Position numbers and translations under genes: made by a program. A stretch of 64,000 bases of DNA from NCBI GenBank assembly GCA_964016885.1, contig OZ024746.1, positions 14,756,001 through 14,820,000 on the forward strand. The letters run 5' to 3'. The DNA is from Eledone cirrhosa. Lineage: Eukaryota. The notes beneath the pieces are model-generated. The model was not told the DNA's origin and did not search any database. It was given only the letters and a program-made list of their open reading frames with translations. Positions 53,646 through 64,000 of this stretch are shown here, piece by piece (the stretch's first letter is position 1; every line of letters begins with the position of its first letter).

Positions 53646-56204
53646 TTAAGGGACCCTCAAATCAGAGATTTGCTTTTAATGCTTGCAACAGAGTGACCGC
53701 TCCAAAAGGTACCCAGGGACCAAGTGGGGGTGTTAAAATCTATCAGCAAATTGTCGACCAACCAAGGTACCGGGAGACAAGAGTAAGAAGGGTGATGGAC
53801 TTATGTGGAGAGAGGGAGAGATAGGGAGTTTGGAAATGGCTGCCTGAGAGGAGCAGAGGCCAGTGTTGGAACAAAGGAATAGGAAAAGGGGGAATACATT
53901 GAGGAGGAGGAGTCAGTACCAGTTTGAAGAATGGAAATATCATTTTTTGTCAGTTTTCTGTGCTAGAATGGATTGGTCAAGACATCACAGACCAAGTCAG
54001 TACTTAATCAGAGCGACTGTCCTAGATGAGTCAAAGGATGACATCTTGCTTAGTATGATTCTTTTATGACATAGTTATCTATGACTAGAGGACCTTCTTA
54101 TCACCAACCACTTTACAGAGTGTACAAGGTGCATTTTATGTCACCAGCACTGTAGAGGTTGTCATGGTCTTAACATGACTGAAGAGTCTTCTCTACCAAT
54201 TTTTTGACACAGTTTCTATGACTAGATGACCTTCCTAACATCAACTACTTTACAGAGTGTACTGGGTGCATTTTTGGTGTGACACCAGCACTAGAGAGGT
54301 CATGTTTTTGACATGAGTGAAGAGTCCTTTCAACCCATTTTTTTTTTTCTTTTTTTTTTTTTTGGCTTGTTTCTATAGCTGAATGCCTTTCCTAACAATA
54401 AACCACTTTACAGAGTGTACAAGGTGCATTTTATCATGTCACCAGCATGTTGTAATTAACAAACCTTCTAGAAGCTAGACTAGATTCTTCACCCACCCCC
54501 ACCCCCCAAAAAAGAAAAACAAAAGAAACTGTTTCTTCCATCTTTCCAAAAGCCACTCTACTTTCTCATCTCTTCCAGTCTGCTCTTGGTCTGTGTAATA
54601 TTTGGAGCTGATCTGATATCTGCTGACTCTCTCCCGTCAAGTACTACTACCACCATATCACACGATGCAGCCATAGAGATTCCGTGCATGCCTACCATTG
54701 CTCTAGATGCAAGTTCTACACCCCTTGCAGTGGTAGGTAGTACTTTATATGTCTAATTGTGCTTTTCATCACTAGCCCCACCCCGCTTCCTTTCATCTTT
54801 AAACGATGGAAGGAGGCCTCTTGAGCTGCACAATTGGCTGCTTATGCTTCTGTCTGCCCATCACCACTTCCCTCCACCTCAGTCATAGATCCCTTGAGTT
54901 GCACAATTAGCTACTAATGCTTCTGCTCCACCATTTCATACTTAGATCCCTCAAGCTGCATAATTAGCCCCCCCCCCCCCCCCCCCACCACCACCACCAC
55001 CACCTCATCCCTCCACCTCATCCTTAGTTAGATGCTGCTAATATCAGTAGATGATTATATTAGTAATTAATATCGTGTAATTTAATGCAAAACTTCTCTC
55101 TCTCTCCACATTTCAATACAGCAAATTTATTTGTTACTAGAATACTTTTTATATCAAAAACACTCTTTTATAATTATTTTAAATCTGTAAAAAAAAATGT
55201 TTTCTGGTTTAAGCACAAGGCCAACGATTTTTTTGGTGGGTAAGTTGATCAAATCGACCCCACTTCGTCACTGGTACTTTATTTCATCAACTGTAAATAT
55301 CGGTAAAAAAAAAAAAAATTATATGAACATTACATTGTTCATCACCATCATCATCTGTACCCCCCCCCCCTCCCTATTTTTCCATGCTGGCATGCATTAG
55401 ACTTTTTGAGGCAGGATTCTAAGGGCCAGATACCTTTCATGACACCAACTCTTAATTCCTTTTAAAAATAAGGTCTTTGCACCTCTAAACCACTAAGCAG
55501 TAGGATCCTTATTTATGGATAACATCTGTGGCATGGAGAGGGGAGACTGGTATGCATGGGCGACTGCCGATAACAACCTTACCTTGGAAGAGAAACTTTC
55601 TAGGTGCAAATCCCATGGTCATTCACGACTGAAGGGGCCCTTTATCCTTTACCTTTTTAACCCTTTTTAATAACATCATCAACCCTTTAACAGTGAATTA
55701 GCAGTGTCATTAGAACATCAGATAGATTGCTTTGAGGTATTCATTCTGGCTCTCAACTAATTCACCGTTAAAGGGTTTATGGTGGTATTAAAAAGGGGTT
55801 AGAGTTTTAAGGTTAAAAAAGCTGGATTTTATTATAAACAACAAACCAACAGATAAAAACAATATAATGTAAGGTGATAAAAGCTGACCTTGCACAATTG
55901 TACCTATCAAAGACATTACATAGGACCGAGATCTCTGGTGTTATACAGTAATACAGAAAACCGGCCTTCCCATGAGCACAGGCTGAAGCATACATTTAGT
56001 ATGCATCACCTCTTTCAAACACCACCTATGTCCTAACACTCTGCTCCTCACACATGCTCCTATACCTACCTCCCCAATCCTCACCCACCGTCCCTACTAA
56101 AGTCCCCAGTCCACACTGTAAAGTAGTCGTGTTGGTATCAACAAAAAACACCCAGGTGATACCAAAATGAGGACTTAATGCACAGGCAGGGTGTAGTATA
56201 TATA

Positions 56205-56440
56205 AAAAAAAAGGATGAAGTTTCATTTACATGTATTTAGTTTTTTTTATTGTGTATCAACCTGTTATGCATGTTTCGCAGAGGATTGGCTCAAGGTCAC
56301 CCATAGTTATGGATCTGACTCCACTATTGATCTATGGTGGAGTCAGATCCATAACTTCTATGGGTGACCTTGACTGCATAACAGGTTGATACACAATAAA
56401 AAACTAAATACATGTAAATGAAACTTCATCCTTTTTCTTT
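56205..56440. repeat. fold-back palindrome (~100-bp arms) with hammerhead 3'-half on minus strand
   Basis: AAAGGATGAAGTTTCATTTACATGTATTTAG...GATCTGACTCCAC is inverted around TATTGATCTATG. The left arm (minus) reads GAAACATGCATA ACAGG. Confidence 0.85.
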
Positions 56441-57467
56441 ATTTATATATATATATACATATATATGCTGGTAGCTACAAGTTTTCATTACGTTTCATAA
56501 CTCCACACACACCTACCTCACCCTTTCTCCACATGCTATACTTACCATTACCATAATCCAGACACACACATCATAGTGTTGCCTGAATCCTGTTGTAAGA
56601 CAGAAAACTAAAGCATGAAAGTTCCAAATATGGAAAGGAGGTCATAAGAGTGAAAAAAGTTATTTTAATTTAATAATTTCTATAAAGATCTGTCTGATGG
56701 TGAATATAAGGAAAATGATTGGTGAATAATAAATAAGCAGCAAATGATTGGTTGATGTTAAATATGAGCAAATAATTGGTTTTATATTAGTTTTATATTG
56801 CAAATTTAAGTTAGATTGTTGTGGTATCTCTCCTCTTATATATAAGGCAAAAATATCTTCCACTCCTTTTAGTTCTCATCAAAATCACAGAGAAATATTT
56901 TCACACTTAATTTCCTGCAGCTAATTATTATATAATATTACTTACAACACTAAATTTCCACATCAACAGGCTTCACTGAAGGTATTTTTCTTTTTTTCCT
57001 AAAAGTAAGAATTAATATTCACCAATGTGGAGTGTTTTAAAAAAAAAAAATTATATTTTTCCCTTTAAATCATTTTAGCCAATTTGTTAGCATATTTCTA
57101 ATGAAAAGACAAGGCCTATGATTTTTAATTAGTTTTGAAAATAATCCAGAATTTTGAAGGATTAAGTAACATAACTAACATTGTCAAATTAAGCTGGTGT
57201 TTGGAACATAACTTAACAAAGTTTCTTACCAAGAATTACGAGGGAAGGTTTTCTTATAAATATCAGCATTTAAGACCAGTTTTGTATTCTAGAACTAGGA
57301 ACGGTTTCTTGTAGTTTGGTATCAAACGGCTAAAATAACTGTACATTACAATTATATATACTCAATTTATAAATATTAATTACTTTTATAAATATGCATT
57401 AACTGGGTATCACTTACGAACAAGTCCGACATCTTTAAAACAGGTTTGTTTACTGTATTGTATATGA

Positions 57468-57519
<52 letters not shown>

Positions 57520-57527
57520 CAAAGGAA

Positions 57528-57712
57528 ATGTGGTAAGGAACCAGATGGACCATAACGCACCAAAGTACTCAATACTTAGGGTAGTAGAGTGGGTAATATG
57601 AACAAGTATGACCCCCGACGGCAGAGCTCAAGCCGTTTCGACGGCTAATTCTGGACATACAGAATTAGCCGTTGAAACGGCTTGAGCTCTGCCGTCGGGG
57701 TCATACTTGTTC
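57528..57712. mobile_element. Penelope pLTR-like element ending in a 53-bp near-perfect hairpin, in (TA)n
   Basis: 57600-57653 pairs with 57660-57712 around loop GACATA. Same family as 29848-30000. Confidence 0.7.
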
Positions 57713-57989
57713 CTATATATATATATATATATGAGTGTGCGTGTGTGTATATACATGTGTGTGTGTATATACATGTGTGTGTACATATATATGTGTGTGT
57801 GTATTTGTATATATATATATGTGTGTGTATATGTGTACATATACATGTGTGTGTGTATGTATATGTGTGTGTATATATGTATGTATATATATATATATGT
57901 GTGTGTGTGTGTATGTATATATATATATATATGTGTGTGTGTGTATGTATATATATATATATATATATGTGAGTGTCTGTATATATATG

Positions 57990-58026
<37 letters not shown>

Positions 58027-58051
58027 ATACATGTGTATATATATATGTATG

Positions 58052-58109
<58 letters not shown>

Positions 58110-58279
58110 TACATCCATCCATCCAACCCATCCAAGCATGGAAAAGCAGGCTTGAAAACAATGATGATATATATATATAAATACATACATTATATATATA
58201 CACACATACACACATTTATACACACATATACATAAACATACATGCATATATTGATCTACTAAAGGAGATGTTTATTTAT

Positions 58280-58425
58280 TCAAGATACCAGACCGCAGTG
58301 TTGGCGACGGTAATAAAGTAACTAAAAGTACCAGCAACCCTGATATCTTCCCGTCCACTATGAACAACAACAACAACAACAACAACGACAGCAACCAACA
58401 CACAACAAATGTTAATCCAACACAG
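58280..58425 (+). other. putative first exon (ATG at 58360, MNNNNNNNNDSNQHTTNVNPTQ)
   Basis: Unique CpG-containing sequence ending in a perfect CAG/GTAAGT donor at 58425/58426. Confidence 0.35.
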
Positions 58426-58436
58426 GTAAGTTTTGT

Positions 58437-59793
58437 TTAACCCTCTCGTTACTATATTGCTAATGAAAAATACTGCCTATTTAACCCTTTGTTAATATAT
58501 CTCTAATGAAAAATACTGCCTATAAATTTAACCCTTTGTTACTATATCTCTAATGAAAAATACTGCCTATAAATTTAACCCTATGTTACTATATCTCTAA
58601 TGAAATATACTGCCTATAAATTTAACCCTATGTTACTATATCTCTAATGAAATATACTGCCTATAAATTTAACCCTATGTTACTATATCTCTAATGAAAT
58701 ATACTGCCTATAAATCTAACCCTATGTTACTATATCTCTAATGAAAAATACTGCCTATAAATTTAACCCTTTGTTACTATATCTCTAATGAAATATACTG
58801 CCTATAAATTTAACCCTTTGTTACTATATCTCTAATGAAATATACTGCCTATAAATTTAACCCTATGTTACTATATCTCTAATGAAAAATACTGCCTATA
58901 AATTTAACCCTATGTTACTATATCTCTAATGAAATATACTGCCTATAAATTTAACCCTATGTTACTATATCTCTAATGAAATATACTGCCTATAAATTTA
59001 ACCCTTTGTTACTATATCTCTAATGAAATATACTGCCTATAAATTTAACCCTTTGTTACTATATCTCTAATGAAATATACTGCCTATAAATTTAACCCTA
59101 TGTTACTATATCTCTAATGAAATATACTGCCTATAAATTTAACCCTATGTTACTATATCTCTAATGAAAAATACTGCCTATAAATCTAACCCTTTGTTAC
59201 TATATCTCTAATGAAAAATACTGCCTATAAATTTAACCCTATGTTACTATATCTCTAATGAAAAATACTGCCTATAAATTTAACCCTATGTTACTATATC
59301 TCTAATGAAAAATACTGCCTATAAATTTAACCCTATGTTACTATATCTCTAATGAAAAATACTGCCTATAAATTTAACCCTATGTTACTATATCTCTAAT
59401 GAAAAATACTGCCTATAAATTTAACCCTATGTTACTATATCTCTAATGAAAAATACTGCCTATAAATTTAACCCTATGTTACTATATCTCTAATGAAAAA
59501 TACTGCCTATAAATTTAACCCTATGTTACTATATCTCTAATGAAATATACTGCCTATAAATTTAACCCTATGTTACTATATCTCTAATGAAAAATACTGC
59601 CTATAAATTTAACCCTTTGTTACTATATCTCTAATGAAATATACTGCCTATAAATTTAACCCTATGTTACTATATCTCTAATGAAAAATACTGCCTATAA
59701 ATTTAACCCTTTGTTACTATATCTCTAATGAAAAATACTGCCTATAAATCTAACCCTCTTGTTATCATATTTCTAATGAAAAATACTGCCTAT
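58437..59793. repeat. 47-bp tandem array (~29 copies) derived from a MITE terminus
   Basis: Unit TTTAACCCTATGTTACTATATCTCTAATGAAAAATACTGCCTATAAA; very homogeneous; runs into MITE body sequence at 59794-59905. Confidence 0.95.
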
Positions 59794-60429
59794 CATTTTC
59801 AAATCATTTTGAAAATAATAAAAATTTGGAGTGATTTTCTGATAGAGCTAAAATTTTCATTATTAAGCTCATGTTTGAAACATAACTTAACAAAGGTTTT
59901 TACACCGACTAATATATTAGCCTACAAATTAACTTAACAAGCAAAGGCAGTCAGATGTATGTTCCCCAAAAAAGAAAGAATCTTGCCTAAGACTCCAATA
60001 ACACTTCTATGGTTCATTTCATTCTAAGGATTTTCTTTTGTCATCACTTCACTTTCGTACATAAGGGAGACGACAGATCCCTGGTTTGTCTGGGAGATCA
60101 GCAGCCATTGCTTCAGTACTGACTTGGTCTATGTAGACCTGTCCAACCCTTGCAGGGAAAGTGGACATTAAAACGATGATGATGATGTCTGCCATTTTAT
60201 ATACTTGAAACAAATTTGCATAATTCTCATTCAGATCCATGAATTCGTTTGTTTGTTGGTTCATAGCCTGACTGAGATACTCTCATGGAATAATCAAATC
60301 CATGTTTATTTTTCAACATAGTCCTTGGAAAGATGAAAATGCAGTTATTAATAAGAACATTTGAAATTAATGCATGCAACATTTCACAGTTGTAGCACCA
60401 CTCCTTCATAGTCAGCATATGAACTTTTC

Positions 60430-60805
60430 ATATATCATCATCATCATCACTGTTTTACGTCCGTTCTTCCATGCTAGCATGGGTTAGACGGGTTGTCTTG
60501 TTGTGGGCAGTGTCCAATCGGCTGACCTTGTCTTGCTCATACGGGAACTGATTCTGGCTTGATTTCTACAGCTGGATGCCCTTCCTAACACCAACCTTAT
60601 TTACAGTGAGTGCTGGGTGCTTTTTTGCCATGGCGCCTACACGTCCACTTTATAGTGGGGGCTGGGTGCTTTTTTTCCGTGGGGCACCTCCACATATATA
60701 TATCATCATCATCATCATTGTTTAATGTCCATCTTCCACGCTAGCCTGGGTTGGGCAGTTTTGTTCCGCTTGAAGTAAGATTGGTCAGGAGAACGTGTCT
60801 CGCTC
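60430..60805 (-). mobile_element. two adjacent SINE 3' fragments (families B/C)
   Basis: (CAT)n followed by the reverse-complement RTE-type tail, twice. Confidence 0.75.
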
Positions 60806-60824
60806 GTATATATATATATATGGT

Positions 60825-60965
60825 GGCTGCCAACTCATTTTCGTGTATGGCCACTACTTTATATCCATGTAGGAGAACCCCTATCGATGTGCTGAACGAG
60901 TGACTTTTTAGTCCAGCCAGCGACTTGAAAACTCTGGTACAAACACTACACTTGTGACAATTATT
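60825..60965 (-). mobile_element. RTE/BovB-like LINE 3' end with C2H2-type finger
   Basis: CSVCTRVFKSLAGLKSH followed by a GGCAGCCACC tail. Confidence 0.55.
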
Positions 60966-61273
60966 GACACATAGTGCTGGGCCCATGGTACCATGTGACA
61001 ACAAGTGCAGAGAGATCTCCAGATATAAAGCAATGCCTGTGCCGTGAAGCTTTTATAGTGAGCAAAGTCACTGCACAAAGCTAGTCCCACTCGCTTAACC
61101 AAGATGATATTTACCAAAAAGAAGACCAAGTCAACATCATTGGATACCATCAGGGTTGCAGGCGTTATATCAGAGTTTTCCTTCTCCTAGAATTCTGCCT
61201 TGACAAAGGCTAAGGGGTCATCTCTCCCGGTGATTTTGGATGTCCATTGACTCTTAAGAGCTCCTTTGCCCTT

Positions 61274-61309
<36 letters not shown>

Positions 61310-61313
<4 letters not shown>

Positions 61314-62026
61314 AATATGAAAACAAGCGTACTGCATGGTTGCAAATGGGTTACATATGAATAAATTTAGTCCTTCATCAGTGATCTTCCAATCTTCATT
61401 GGTATTTCATCGCTTTAAAGACCATATACCTCCGGTTGGTGCGAGCAACGGCTAAAGAAAGTCGTTGGGACACGTAAATAAGGGGAACGAGCGAGACTGT
61501 AAACAATCAAAGATGGTAATGCAACGAAAAGTGAGGAAGAAGGAGTCAAGTCCCTGAAATCGATGAATATAAGTTCTATGAAATCGTGGACGAGAGAGAA
61601 TAAAGACCATCAAACCTGGTCGAAATGTGAGCAAGGAAAGAATTTCGCACAGGTCAAACGGGAGTAAGAAGGAGTCAAGTCCCTGAAATCGGTGAACATA
61701 AGTTCTGTGAAATCGTAGACGAGAGAGAATAAAGAACAACTGGCCTGGTCAAAGTGTGCGTGAGGAAAGAATTTTGCACGGGTCAAACGGATGGAAGAAG
61801 GAGAGGGAGTAGCAGAGAGTGAGTGAGTGAAAGGTGAGGAAGAGGCTAACAGAGAGAGAGTGACTGTTAGAGGGGGTAAAGGGAAGTGAGAGATACAGAG
61901 AAAAGAGGAAGCACTAAGAAAGAAACAGACGGGTCACAGCGGAGGAAAATATATGTGTGAATATGAAAACAAGCGTGCTGCGTGGTTGCAAATGGGTTAC
62001 ATATGAATAAATTTAGTCCTTCATCA
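61310..62026 (-). mobile_element. unclassified element bounded by ~70-bp direct repeats, with an internal ~128-bp tandem duplication
   Basis: GTGTGAATATGAAAACAAGCG...TTTAGTCCTTCATCA at 61309-61380 and 61955-62026. GAAGGAGTCAAGTCCCTGAAATCG at 61538 and 61668. Confidence 0.6.
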
Positions 62027-62034
62027 CACACACT

Positions 62035-62362
62035 ATATCATCATCATCATTTTACGTCTGCTTGTCCCTGCTTGCAAGGGAACTGATTCTGGCTTGATTT
62101 CTACAGCTGGATGCCCTTCCTAACACCAACCTCATTTACAGTGAGTGCTGGGTGCTTTTTTGCCGTGCCACCCCACAACCACTTTGCAGTGGAATGATAG
62201 GGACCCCAGTCCCTATCATCTCATTTCTACAGCTGAGTAAACTGGAGCAATGTGAAATAAAGTGTCTTGCTCAAGGAAACAACGCATCACCCGGTCTGAG
62301 AATTGAACCCACAACCTTTCGATTACAAGGCCAAGGCTCTAACCACTAAGCCATGTGCCTCA
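62035..62362 (-). mobile_element. full-length CORE-like SINE (family C)
   Basis: tRNA-like head GGCACATGGCTTAGTGGTTAG...GGTTCAATTC on the minus strand; body matches 38500-38820. Confidence 0.8.
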
Positions 62363-62368
62363 TATATG

Positions 62369-62400
<32 letters not shown>

Positions 62401-62649
62401 ATGTGGATATACATTATATGAAGATGTTTTTCAATATTTACTCATATTTGTTCCAGTTCTCTGTTAAAGTTCAGTTTGCTTTTTTATTGTTGGGGGAGGG
62501 TTGAGAGAGTGTTTAGCATGGGCAAGTAGTGAAAGTTTGGTATATACTACCAAGTCATACTCAGTTGCAAGTGATGGTTGTTTTCAACCTTTTTGGGATC
62601 TTCAGAAACATATTCTTTAATCTGTGGACACAGATATAAATATTCCAAA

Positions 62650-62714
<65 letters not shown>

Positions 62715-63124
62715 AAAGTCCATGCCTTTGTGGTTAGGGTGTTGGATTCAGGGTCATAAGCTTGTGGGTTTGATTCCTGAACGAAGTGGCAGGTTGTGTT
62801 CTTGAGCAAGACACTTCATTTCAAGCTGCTTTTCAAGATAGGACTGGGGCCTTTACCTTTAAAACACCTGAAAAATCCTACCTTTTTTTTTGTATATTTT
62901 GACCTCTATTATTCAGTATATTCTTAATTTTTTATGACAGTAGTGTGTGATATTAGAGCTGTTGTTTCTAGCAAGTCTATCTCTATATATGACAGTGTAT
63001 AATATGAGCGCAATTTGGCTGCTATTTCTAGTAGGTCTAGCAACCATGTAGTGATCTCCTTTATACATATGTGTAGTGTGTTATTTGAGGAGAATTTGGT
63101 GCAATTTCTTGCAGGTCTAGCTAA

Positions 63125-63165
<41 letters not shown>

Positions 63166-63494
63166 AGTCTAACCCATGCTAGCGTGGAAGATGGACGTTA
63201 AACGAAGATGATGATGATGATGAGACAGTAGTGTGTTATTTGAGGGAGATTTTGTTGTTGTTTCCAGCAGGTCTAGCTACCATGTAGAGGATCCCTTATT
63301 TGTCAATGTTCCCCAATATATTTTAATTCCGAACAAAGAAGCTTGCTAATGAAAATAGGGAGTTGTTTCCTTCTGTAACAGTTCATTGAATGTAGGAAAG
63401 TACTTGTTAAACTAATGACCTAATTATTTTGTGAAAATATAAAAAATTAAATGTGGTGTTGATAACAAACCTGCATAACAAAAGTAATATGTAT

Positions 63495-64000
63495 GTGAGT
63501 GTGTCTGTGTATAACAGTGTATGTGTGTGTCTGTATAGCAGTGTGTGTGTGTGTGTATAGCAGTGTGTATGTCTCTGTTTAGCAGTGTTTGTATGTGTCT
63601 GTGAATAGCAGTGTGTGTGTGTCTGTGTATAGCAGTGTGCGTGTGTCTGTGAATAACAGTGTGTGTGTGTGTGTGTCTGTATAGCAGTGTGTGTGTGTGT
63701 GTGTCTGTATAGCAGTGTGTGTGTGTGTCTGTGAATAGCAGTGCGTGTGTGTCTGTGAATAGCAGTGTGTGTGTGTCTGTGTATAGCAATGTGTGTGTGT
63801 CTGTGTATAGCAGTGTTTGTGTGTGTCTCTGTATAGCAGTGTGTGTGTGTGTGTCTGTGAATAGCAGTGTGTGTGTGTGTGTCTGTGAATAGCAGTGTGT
63901 GTGTGTGTCTGTGAATAGCAGTGTGTGTGTGTGTGTCTGTGAATAGCAGTGTGTGTGTGTGTCTCTGTATAGCAGTGTTTGTGTGTGTCTCTGTATAGCA
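63495..64000. repeat. (GT)n-based compound minisatellite, runs off the window end
   Basis: Units of CTGT(GA)ATAGCA(GT)n, about 22-26 bp. Confidence 0.9.

Noticed and set aside
57628-58247. Many overlapping 100-200 aa ORFs (also 34085-34374, 35405-35713, 30932-31300, 63424-63789, 46648-46992)
   Set aside because: They are translations of (TA)n/(TG)n/(CAT)n microsatellites that lack stop codons; no coding evidence.
58437-59793. Possible CRISPR-like array
   Set aside because: Contiguous tandem units with no unique spacers, no cas genes, and a eukaryotic context.

Overview
AT-rich, microsatellite-dense, intron-containing animal genomic DNA. The repeat content resembles octopus/coleoid cephalopod genomes; that is an inference, not something provable from this window. 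Three spliced genes can be reconstructed by hand in the first 25.5 kb: the 3' end of an INO80D-like gene (+), a complete two-coding-exon COX14-like gene (-, 82 aa) and a compact four-coding-exon ERICH2-like gene (+, 84 aa). The ERICH2-like gene lies head-to-head with COX14 behind an RFX X-box. The rest is mostly mobile DNA: a hATm DNA transposon with TIRs and a perfect 8-bp TSD, CRE, CR1 and RTE LINE fragments, a young Penelope-like (GIY-YIG) element with a hammerhead motif, many tRNA-type SINEs, TTAA-type MITEs and minisatellites. A few isolated putative exons of an unidentified + strand gene occur after 40 kb. The most unusual signal is a set of short, non-coding fold-back palindromes in (TA)n tracts that carry complete or partial hammerhead-ribozyme cores on one or both arms. 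A second highlight is a 47-bp satellite amplified from a MITE terminus. Family assignments come from remembered motifs, not database searches. Most ORFs in the supplied track are microsatellite artefacts. I cannot claim a demonstrably new biological system.
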